Positions 23,280 through 30,781 of a stretch of DNA of 32,000 nucleotides are shown in pieces. Numbering within the stretch: the first letter of the stretch is position 1; every line of letters starts with the position of its first letter. The stretch lies in contig CBDCNV010000001.1 in NCBI GenBank assembly GCA_965219535.1, forward strand, positions 540,001 through 572,000. The letters are read 5' to 3'. Source of the stretch: Opitutales bacterium. Its GTDB lineage: Bacteria > Verrucomicrobiota > Verrucomicrobiia > Opitutales > PNEW01. Made by a program: the position numbers and the translations under genes. The notes under the pieces were generated by a model, which saw nothing but the letters and a program-made list of their open reading frames with translations, was not told the origin of the DNA and searched no databases.

Positions 23280-23891
23280 TCAGAGCCCTTTTGTCATTCG
23301 ATAGAACTTCAATCCCGGTATAGCCAATCGCTTCGGCCACTGCGACTCGACGTTCATCCCGCGGCGCTCGTAGAATCGGCGAGCCCCCTCATTCTTAGCT
23401 GAAACGTCGAGGGATAGTCGAGTCGATCCGATCGCGCGAGCCCGCTCTTCAAAGGAGTCCATCAAGACGGAGCCGACGCCATCGCCGCGAAGTTCCTTAT
23501 CAACAGCGATGGCCCCGAGGTAGAAATCGCCATCGGCGATTGAATCGATAATCCGCATGAGTGGAGCAAACAGTATTAGCACGATCCTCATTCGTAGATT
23601 ACGCCTTCCGGCAGCCCGCTTCAGGGGTTGGAGCGAGGAACGGCGATGCTGCTCCGCGGTGTACCCCGAGACCATTTCCACTATGACGTTGTCACGTTCT
23701 GCAAAAGTCACATTTTGGTAGGAGAGGTCGTGATCGGGCTGGGTGAACGCAGTGGCGATTATGTATCCGGCGCGGCGACCGAGCATAAAACGAAAGAACC
23801 CCTCGGCTGCTTCGTCAAGGTAGCGGGCACATGCCAGACCTTCATCGAACGTGGGGTTGGCAGCCCTTAGGACTATCGAATGCCGATCCAT
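23280..23891 (-). CDS. GNAT family N-acetyltransferase
   Basis: Acetyl-CoA motif A IAVDKELRGDGVGSVLM, followed by NEGARRFYERRGM. 203 aa. Confidence 0.85.
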   Translation of the reverse strand: MDRHSIVLRAANPTFDEGLACARYLDEAAEGFFRFMLGRRAGYIIATAFTQPDHDLSYQNVTFAERDNVIVEMVSGYTAEQHRRSSLQPLKRAAGRRNLRMRIVLILFAPLMRIIDSIADGDFYLGAIAVDKELRGDGVGSVLMDSFEERARAIGSTRLSLDVSAKNEGARRFYERRGMNVESQWPKRLAIPGLKFYRMTKGL

Positions 23892-23904
23892 ATGGTCCTT
23901 CTAC

Positions 23905-23959
23905 GCCGAACGATTGAAATCAGTGGTGCTTTAGCGTTCACTGGATTGATCTGTTAGAA
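23905..23959 (-). other. Integron attC-like recombination site (attC-4)
   Basis: Same hairpin as attC-3. On the minus strand it reads TTCTAAC ... GTTCGGC and ends 13 nt before the GNAT ATG. Confidence 0.7.
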
Positions 23960-23967
23960 AATATTTT

Positions 23968-24050
23968 TTCTAACATTAGATTAGCCAACAGGCTTTTAGC
24001 GAGGCGTAATTACTCGAGGATTCGTTTTGATTGCGAGCTGATTTACACCG
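23968..24050 (-). repeat. S-type junction repeat, copy S2 (possible long attC variant)
   Basis: It fills the gap from the cupin stop (24052) to attC-4. The minus-strand reading ends GGCTAATCTAATGTTAGAA. It is homologous to S1, S3 and S5. Confidence 0.45.
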
Positions 24051-24051
24051 C

Positions 24052-24519
24052 CTAAATCTCCAGCGGTGGTCCCACTATCTCCATGTTGTACTTCTCGGCT
24101 AAGGCATTGGCTTTGGCAACGTAAGCCTCTGTGTCCGTAACATCCAGATCGACTGCTTCATCAAAGAACTGCTCAAATCCTGGTGGAGAAAAGATGACGA
24201 GGAACTTGGCAGGCTCCTGCCCGACCCGAGAAAAGGCGTGAACCGTTCCTCTGGGGACAAGGACGAAGGAACCAGCTGTCGCTCTAATAGTGCGTTCACC
24301 CAACAGGATATTAATCTCTCCCTCCAAGACATAGAAGGCTTCATCCTCGGTTTTGTGTATGTGTTGTGGCGGTCCGTCCCCGACAAGCTCAACTTCCAAC
24401 AGTGAATACCCGTCATCAGTGTCCGCACCAACCACCTTATGCGTTACCTTGTGACCTGGCACTGGAACTATCTTGCCTTCTCCTGGGCCAAGTAAAATGT
24501 TTTCATCGTTATTAGACAT
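24052..24519 (-). CDS. Cupin domain protein
   Basis: 155 aa. PPQHIHKTEDEAFYVLEG ... GTVHAF are cupin motifs. Confidence 0.8.
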   Translation of the reverse strand: MSNNDENILLGPGEGKIVPVPGHKVTHKVVGADTDDGYSLLEVELVGDGPPQHIHKTEDEAFYVLEGEINILLGERTIRATAGSFVLVPRGTVHAFSRVGQEPAKFLVIFSPPGFEQFFDEAVDLDVTDTEAYVAKANALAEKYNMEIVGPPLEI

Positions 24520-24570
24520 GACTTGCTATCCTTTCCTCATGGACCTCCGTTCGTTGTTTTCCGTGCTTCA

Positions 24571-24650
24571 TCACATTAGATAGCCAACAGGTTCTTAACA
24601 AGGCGTAATCGCCAATAAGATTCATTTAGATCGCGAGCTGATTGCTGTCA
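24571..24650 (-). repeat. S-type junction repeat, copy S3
   Basis: ACATTAGATAGCCAACAGGTTCTTAACAAGGCGTAAT...GATCGCGAGCTGATTGC is collinear with S2. Confidence 0.45.
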
Positions 24651-24712
24651 TCAACCCTCCATTGACCATACCATCCCCCACATCAATAGCAGTAAAGGAT
24701 ATAACATTATTG

Positions 24713-24922
24713 TCATTTACCACTATCCTTCTTGAAGCCACTAATTACCCATATTGATCCCCATATTATCAGCGGTGGAAGTAATCCAAAGGTCGCGAAC
24801 GCTCCGATATCTTCAGGAACAAACCTTAAGAACCAGAGTATCCAAAGGACCGTTAAGATCAACGCTCTTTTCTGCCACGAAAGCTGCATAACTATTATTA
24901 AAATACAGATGGAATTGCTCAT
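24713..24922 (-). CDS. Small two-TM membrane protein, unknown function
   Basis: ATG at 24922 (MSNSICILIIV...). The ORF-track TTG start at 24940 overlaps a degenerate S-type repeat (GGCAACAGGC...). Confidence 0.45.
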   Translation of the reverse strand: MSNSICILIIVMQLSWQKRALILTVLWILWFLRFVPEDIGAFATFGLLPPLIIWGSIWVISGFKKDSGK

Positions 24923-25134
24923 TGAAAGACTCAATGGCAACAGGCAGTAAGAAGAATAAAAGGGATTTCCTCAGTGAAGCCGTGAGAGTGTTTTGATGGG
25001 CTGGGGTACGTTTGGATACTTCTTGGTTAATTGCCTTGTGTTAAAATAGCCAGCGTTACTATCTTGCAAAAGACCTGCTGCAGTTAATGCATCTAATCAG
25101 TATACAGGGTTCTAAAAAAATGGAGAGGACAGAT

Positions 25135-25641
25135 ATGAATTTAAATTACATGGGTATAATCATCGGCGGGTTTCTACCCGCTATTATATTTGGTATCGGC
25201 GGAATATTCTTAAAAGCCAGCGCTCGGCAAGGGATAAGCCTGAACCATTTAATCTTATTTGCCGGGGCAGGGGCGATTTTCCTGGCGTTCCTGTTATTGG
25301 TTCTAATCAAAGAAAAATCGATAAGCGCTGGGTCCGCGACGTTGGCATTTTGTGTCGGACTGTCATGGGCAAGCGCCACAGCTCTAATGTCAATAGCGAT
25401 GGTTAAGTTTGAAACTCCAATTTCAATAATTGGTCCCTTAACTTCTACAGCCAGTCTGATCACGGCCCTGCTGGCTATGTGGATATTTTCAGAATGGAAA
25501 GAAGTCCTTATCGCACGTCTTCTGATTGGCGCCACCCTCATTGTAATAGGAGTTATGCTGGTGTCTACGTCGTCTGAAGCGAACAGAATTCAACATTCGA
25601 TACCCCCTGGTAATCAACATGGGGATGAACACTTCAACTGA
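25135..25641 (+). CDS. Small DMT/EamA-like membrane transporter (single 5-TM domain)
   Basis: GGAGAGG lies 6 nt before ATG 25135. Five hydrophobic segments. Glycine-rich TM1 (GIIIGGFLPAIIFGIGGIF). Confidence 0.55.
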   Translation: MNLNYMGIIIGGFLPAIIFGIGGIFLKASARQGISLNHLILFAGAGAIFLAFLLLVLIKEKSISAGSATLAFCVGLSWASATALMSIAMVKFETPISIIGPLTSTASLITALLAMWIFSEWKEVLIARLLIGATLIVIGVMLVSTSSEANRIQHSIPPGNQHGDEHFN

Positions 25642-25705
25642 TGCTGTATAACTAAAAGAAAAAAAAGAGTCAAGTGCGGCTCTCAGCCTTTGTCTACGAA
25701 ATATC

Positions 25706-25840
25706 AAAAGGGGTCAGGCCGTGTATTTATAGATTTTCTATCTACCTTTATTAAAACAATAAGATCTACTTAAATAAACAATCCGTATGCCGTTTTCTGA
25801 TATATGGGCCTATCGTATTTAAGTAGTGTGCATCCCGAAT
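25706..25840. mobile_element. Family-3 element, partial copy H2 (left end plus core)
   Basis: CAAAAGGGGTCAGGCCGTGTATTTATAGATTTTC matches the left end of F. The core at 25741-25840 matches 2687-2787. No right inverted end was found. Confidence 0.5.
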
Positions 25841-25940
25841 ATGATATTGATTTGGTCCAGTCAGTAGCGGAACGCGAAATACATGTAAGTGAGAATGATT
25901 TTTGATCCTCACACGAATCGCTCTAACTCATTGTCTTTGC

Positions 25941-26001
25941 ACCTAACGCCTGCCATTCAACTGCAAAGCGTAGCTTTGTCTGCTGCAATGGCTTGTTAGG
26001 C
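25941..26001 (-). other. Integron attC-like recombination site (attC-9)
   Basis: Plus strand: ACCTAAC GCCTGCCATTCAACTGCAAAGC GTA GCTTTG[T]CTGCTG[C]AATGGCTT GTTAGGC. The minus-strand boxes GCCTAAC and GTTAGGT fit RYYYAAC/GTTRRRY exactly. It begins 15 nt after the VOC2 stop. Confidence 0.7.
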
Positions 26002-26016
26002 CGATGAACTTCCTCA

Positions 26017-26811
26017 TCACGGTACCAACGCCAGGCACGCACCCACAGGGTCCTGAACAACGTCAGATGCGTATGTCCCATCTGTTTCTTGTGTCGCTTT
26101 GATGATCTTACCCCCGCCCTCTTGCACACGACGAAGACTTTCAGGGAGATCGCCAACGGGGAGGTACATCAGCCAGACCGGCGGCAGGCCCAGGTTCGCG
26201 CCGCGTGCATGACAGACTCTCGCCGCCGGGTTCCCATCATCACCGAGCATGTTGTAGTCGATGTAGGCCTCATCCTCGTTCTCCATCTCGATGTTCTGCA
26301 CCGACCAGCCCACGACCTGTCGATAGAAGTCACGGGTTGTCAGGGAGTCAGAGACCGTCAGATTGAGCCAAGAAATGCAACCTACACGCTCCGCGGCGTC
26401 GCGGGATGCGCCGCCCTCATCCGGGGAAATGGACTCGGCTGAGACGACTGGCATGACCCCAAATGCCGCCCCATTGGGATCGAGCAGAGCAGCCCACTGA
26501 CTTTTTCCGCCGTCGTCTTTGGAATGCATAAGCTCATCCCCGCCCAGCCCCAGCGCACGAGCGACACTGGTTGCGACATCGGCGACCTGTATATGCGGCA
26601 TCCATTGCAGCGGTAGCTTTTCGTACTCCGCAATGCGCGCGCCCAGGCCGATGATCGGCATTCCTCGGTTGTTCATCAGGTCGTCCCGCCAAAGTGGATT
26701 CTCTCCCGTGGTCAACACACGTGAGTAGAAGCTCAGTTCGCGATCGTGTTCTGGGACGGCAATATCGGCGCTGAGGATCCCGCCGACGCCTGGGACAAAA
26801 GGGTTACTCAT
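26017..26811 (-). CDS. Two-domain VOC/glyoxalase-like family protein
   Basis: 264 aa. Two halves each end in a VOC-like ...LLDPNGAAFG / ...VQDPVGACLAL strand motif. Confidence 0.6.
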   Translation of the reverse strand: MSNPFVPGVGGILSADIAVPEHDRELSFYSRVLTTGENPLWRDDLMNNRGMPIIGLGARIAEYEKLPLQWMPHIQVADVATSVARALGLGGDELMHSKDDGGKSQWAALLDPNGAAFGVMPVVSAESISPDEGGASRDAAERVGCISWLNLTVSDSLTTRDFYRQVVGWSVQNIEMENEDEAYIDYNMLGDDGNPAARVCHARGANLGLPPVWLMYLPVGDLPESLRRVQEGGGKIIKATQETDGTYASDVVQDPVGACLALVP

Positions 26812-26968
26812 GGTTCACGTCCTTGTTGCAGCGCGTTGGTTGGCGCGCGGGTTTCTGCGGGCGTTATAATTAAATCGGCTGCCATTGGCTGCTACCCAGT
26901 CGGCCTATCGTCACCGTTCTCGCGCGGCTGTAAGCCGTCGCGAGCAACGGCTTGTTGGGAGTCTTCAG

Positions 26969-28513
26969 TTAATAGTCATCGAGAATTGAAGGGTCGACAT
27001 CGGGCATCGTGTCGAGTTTCCATATGTCGACCGGCACATCATTCAGTTGTTGCGTCCCGGGTGTGCTGCGGCCTTCGGAGACATAGGCCTCAAGCAAAGA
27101 GAGCAGCTCCTTGATCTTGTCTTGCTGCTCGGCCTCCAGATTGCGCATCTCACCGGGATCAGTCTGCATGTCATAGAGCTGGACAAGAGGCAATCCAGCC
27201 TTGGCGGCATCAGCGTCGTTGAGGGTCCACCCCCCTGATCCCGGACAAAGTACGAGTTTCCAGCGTCCGTCGCGGATCGCGAACTTACCTTCGATCGAAT
27301 GGTGTACCACCGTGGTCCGGCCCGCCGGCCCGCCGCGGAACACCGACATCATGCTGACGCTGTCCTCGCCGGCGTTGTCCGGCAATTCTTCACCAACGAT
27401 GGACGCACACGTCGCCATCAGGTCCGACAGGCATACAAGAGAGCTGCACTCGGATCCGGGCTCAATGATGCCGGGCCAGCGTGCCATGCAGGGGATGCGA
27501 TGCCCGCCGTCCCAAGCGTCGGATTTGTACCCACGATATGGGCCGCTGGGGAAGTGCCCCTGTGCTTCCATTTCCTTTGCACCAATGAAGTGTGCGCAAC
27601 CGTTATCGCTGGCAAAGATCACGAGCGTGTTGTCGGCCACGCCGTGCCTCTCAAGTGAATCGAGCATGCGACCGAATATGTCGTCGGTCTCGACGACCAG
27701 ATCGGCATAGAGATTGTTCAGTCCGCTCTTACCGATGAAGCGTTTGTTGACCGACAGCGGGGTATGCGGGGAGGTCATGGGGAGATAGAGGAAGAACGGT
27801 TCAGCCGCTTCTGCCCGTTTCTTGATATAGCATTCTGCCTCCTTCGCCCAAGTCGGCAGCAATTGCTCGAAATGCCAGTAAGGCATGGCCGGTCCTTGCA
27901 GGCTGGCCAAATTGTCGCCGAGCAGTCGTGCGGGCAAGAATTCAGAAGGAATGCCCACCGTGTAGTCGTTCTCAATGAAGCAATAGGGCGGCCAGTTCGG
28001 GACATCGACACCACAATAGTAGTCGAACCCGCGCGTGGTCGGCCCTCCCGTTGTGGGCCTCCGAAAGGCCTCCCGCCAGCGCAGCCGTTGCTGTTCGCTT
28101 GCTTCAAGATCGTGGGCGGGAGTACTGTCATACCCGTGCTCTGGCCGGAAGTCTTCATCAGCCTCGAGATCCCAGCCCTGTCCGAGATGCCATTTGCCGA
28201 TGCAGGCAGTATGGTAACCGTGCTGCTTAAGGAATCCGGGCACAGTTAAGCGGTCTGCTGCAATGAGCGGGTCGCCGTACACACCGACAATTCCCTGCTG
28301 CAACGGGGAACGCCAGTTATAGCGACCAGTCAGCACGCTGTAGCGCGACGGTGAACAGACGGCCGAGCTGGAGTGGGCATCCGTGAACTTCATGCCTTCG
28401 GAGGCCAGGCGATCGATATTCGGGGTCTTGATCTTTCCTTCCGGGTTCAGGCAAGACGCGTCACCGTAGCCCATGTCATCAACAAAAAAGTAGACGATGT
28501 TTGGTTTTGTCAT
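26969..28513 (-). CDS. Formylglycine-dependent (S1 family) arylsulfatase, no signal peptide
   Basis: CSPSRYSVLTGRY (CxPxR) motif. N-terminus IVYFFVDDMGYGD. GKWHLG. ATG 28513 has a GGAAAGGAA RBS, and the TTG at 28534 is probably an over-extension. Confidence 0.85.
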   Translation of the reverse strand: MTKPNIVYFFVDDMGYGDASCLNPEGKIKTPNIDRLASEGMKFTDAHSSSAVCSPSRYSVLTGRYNWRSPLQQGIVGVYGDPLIAADRLTVPGFLKQHGYHTACIGKWHLGQGWDLEADEDFRPEHGYDSTPAHDLEASEQQRLRWREAFRRPTTGGPTTRGFDYYCGVDVPNWPPYCFIENDYTVGIPSEFLPARLLGDNLASLQGPAMPYWHFEQLLPTWAKEAECYIKKRAEAAEPFFLYLPMTSPHTPLSVNKRFIGKSGLNNLYADLVVETDDIFGRMLDSLERHGVADNTLVIFASDNGCAHFIGAKEMEAQGHFPSGPYRGYKSDAWDGGHRIPCMARWPGIIEPGSECSSLVCLSDLMATCASIVGEELPDNAGEDSVSMMSVFRGGPAGRTTVVHHSIEGKFAIRDGRWKLVLCPGSGGWTLNDADAAKAGLPLVQLYDMQTDPGEMRNLEAEQQDKIKELLSLLEAYVSEGRSTPGTQQLNDVPVDIWKLDTMPDVDPSILDDY

Positions 28514-28529
28514 TTCCTTTCCTACACCC

Positions 28530-28671
28530 AACAAGTGGTTCTAAAGTTCTGTATATTTCCGCATGGGGATAAAATCGTAAAGTTTAATTACTGTTAAATA
28601 CACATTTTCCTAACTAGTGTTCCTTACTCCAAGCGTGATATAGGTATTTCAGCTTTGGTGATTCCTTATCA
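28530..28671 (-). repeat. 142-bp upstream 'leader' repeat, copy 2
   Basis: Homologous to 12607-12748. The minus-strand end reads CACTTGTTGGGTGTAGGAAAGGAA-ATG. GTTGGGT fits GTTRRRY. Confidence 0.6.
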
Positions 28672-28695
28672 AGAAATTCAAAAGGGGTCAGGATA

Positions 28696-28850
28696 GTCAA
28701 AAGGGGTCAAACGTAGAATTTAAATGTCATATTGTGTATAATATATTACAAATCAGAAAGTGCTGATTAATTATATGGCTTACTACGATCCAAGGAATAT
28801 CTGCCACCCTATTAATATTTTAAATTCTACGTTTGACCCCTTTTTTTGAC
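28696..28850. mobile_element. Family-1-type element with a different core (copy E)
   Basis: GTCAAAAGGGGTCAAACGTAGAATTTAAA ... TTTAAATTCTACGTTTGACCCCTTTTTTTGAC inverted ends around an unrelated AT-rich core. A solo GAAATTCAAAAGGGGTCAGG half-site precedes it at 28674-28693. Confidence 0.6.
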
Positions 28851-28869
28851 AGTCTAATAAGTGGCACCT

Positions 28870-29652
28870 ATGAGTTTTTCACAAAAGATGGAACAGGTCC
28901 TGGCTGATCTCGGTGTCACGTCCGACCTGTTAACAGAAGACGAGCGAAAATTCCTCGATGAGCAGGGCTATTTAGTTATACGCGATGTTCTATCACCCGA
29001 TCAGGTAAAAGCATTTTCCTCGCGACTCGATGCATTGGTAAAAGAGGAATGGGAAATCGAAGGGGGTACTGTCCACCAGGAAAAGGGTGGTAGCTACATG
29101 TTGGGTAACCTTATCGATAAAGATCCAAGGTTCGAGTTTTGTATTACTCACCCAAAGGTGCTTGCCTCAATCGCTCACGTCATCAATAAAGATTTTAAAC
29201 ATTCGTCGTTAAATAGTCGTGAAGCACTGCCAGGAGATGGACTTCAGAAATTACATAACGATTATGGTAAACCGGTAAAACCTGGTGAATGGGGAAGAGT
29301 GGCCTGTAATTCTATCTGGTTACTTGACGATTTTAATAAAACAAACGGGGCGACAAGAGTAGTACCCGGCAGTCACTGGGAAGAAAAAATACCTGGAGAC
29401 GTAATGGAAGATACCTATGCGATTCACCCCGAGCAGATACAATTGATCGCGCCCGCGGGAACGGTGGTCGTTTTTAACGCCCATCTTTGGCATGGGGGTT
29501 CGAAGAATAAAAGTAGCAAGTCGAGGCACGCCATGCACTGCTTTTTTTGCCAACGTGAAGATGAGCAACAGACCAATCAACGCGAGCACCTGAGACCGGA
29601 AACCGTTAACCGGCTTTCAAGTACCGTTCGTTGGATACTCGATGTAAATTAA
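28870..29652 (+). CDS. Phytanoyl-CoA dioxygenase (PhyH) family Fe(II)/2-oxoglutarate oxygenase
   Basis: HNDY (HxD) and WHGGSKN motifs. 260 aa from ATG 28870 (GTG 28861 is an alternative start). Confidence 0.75.
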   Translation: MSFSQKMEQVLADLGVTSDLLTEDERKFLDEQGYLVIRDVLSPDQVKAFSSRLDALVKEEWEIEGGTVHQEKGGSYMLGNLIDKDPRFEFCITHPKVLASIAHVINKDFKHSSLNSREALPGDGLQKLHNDYGKPVKPGEWGRVACNSIWLLDDFNKTNGATRVVPGSHWEEKIPGDVMEDTYAIHPEQIQLIAPAGTVVVFNAHLWHGGSKNKSSKSRHAMHCFFCQREDEQQTNQREHLRPETVNRLSSTVRWILDVN

Positions 29653-29820
29653 TGTTTTAAATATAACGACTCTCAAGGCAACTGTGCGCACAGCTTCATT
29701 TTGTCGATTAATTCGCAATTGAAGGCCCAACCATTTTTAGTTCCTCTTCCGGCGCCACGCTAATTAAAGTAATACGCTTTACCAGAAGCGCTAAACCCCT
29801 AAATATAATGTTCGATTATC

Positions 29821-30669
29821 ATGCAATTTACCTACGAACGTGAATTTACCTACAACCGTGCATACCGCGGCCCAATCCGCTGTGTCATCCTCGACTGGGC
29901 CGGTACAACGATGGACTTCGGTTGCATGGCGCCGGCGGTAGTTTTCCGCCAGGTGTTCGAGAAAGCCGGTGTACCCATCACACTCGAGGAAGCACGCATT
30001 CCCATGGGGGCACACAAGAAAGTTCATATCGGGTTGATCTGCGAAATTCCCAGTGTTAGGCAGCGTTGGGTTGAAGCCCACGGCGCTGAACCGACCGAGG
30101 AAGACGTGAACCGTATGTTTGAAAACTTTGTGCCCATGCAGGAAGCTTGCCTGTCGGATTACTCAAAACTCATACCCGGTACACTCGAGGTCATTGCGGA
30201 ATGCCGTGAGCGCAACTATAAGATTGGCTCTACTTCAGGTTATCTTCCTGGCATGCTAGCCATTAACCAGGTGGATGCGGAGAAACAGGGTTATGTCCCC
30301 GACGCCACATTCGGAGCGGGCGATGTGAAGCGCGGGCGTCCCTATGCGCACATGGTGTTACGCAATATCATCGAACTCGACGTCTCGCCGGTGCAATCGG
30401 TAGTCAAAATCGACGACACCTTGACTGGAATCGAGGAAGGTCTCAATGCAGGTTGCTGGGCCGTTGGACTGGCCATTTCCGGCAATGAGGTGGGAGTCCC
30501 GCTCGAAGAATGGAATGCCCTCTCCGACGAGGTAAAACAAAAACACCGGGATCGCATTTACCCGACGATGTACCAGCGTGGAGCCCACTACGTTATCGAC
30601 AGCATTGCGGATCTAATGCCGTGCCTGGATGACATCGAGGCGAGGTTAAGACGTGGTGAAAATCCCTAG
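29821..30669 (+). CDS. phnX: Phosphonoacetaldehyde hydrolase (phosphonatase, HAD superfamily)
   Basis: ILDWAGTTMDFGCMAPAVVFRQVFEKAGVPITLEEARIPMGAHKKVHI is collinear with the PhnX N-terminus, including the DxAGT nucleophile motif and the PMG..K lysine. Confidence 0.85.
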   Translation: MQFTYEREFTYNRAYRGPIRCVILDWAGTTMDFGCMAPAVVFRQVFEKAGVPITLEEARIPMGAHKKVHIGLICEIPSVRQRWVEAHGAEPTEEDVNRMFENFVPMQEACLSDYSKLIPGTLEVIAECRERNYKIGSTSGYLPGMLAINQVDAEKQGYVPDATFGAGDVKRGRPYAHMVLRNIIELDVSPVQSVVKIDDTLTGIEEGLNAGCWAVGLAISGNEVGVPLEEWNALSDEVKQKHRDRIYPTMYQRGAHYVIDSIADLMPCLDDIEARLRRGENP

Positions 30670-30781
30670 GAGGGGTTTGAAAGAAAGTCAAAAGAGGTCA
30701 GGCTGCTGATCTGCCAATCCTGAATATACTGATATCTTTATTTGAAGAAACTTCTCTTTGATAAGGTGCAAAAATTTTAAT

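Noticed and set aside
26812-26968. GC-rich gap between the sulfatase and the VOC2 gene, with TCCCAAC, GTTGGGA and GTTATAA boxes and a local hairpin AAGCCGT...ACGGCTT.
   Set aside because: No R''/R' pair with complementary arms could be assembled, so it is not called as an attC.
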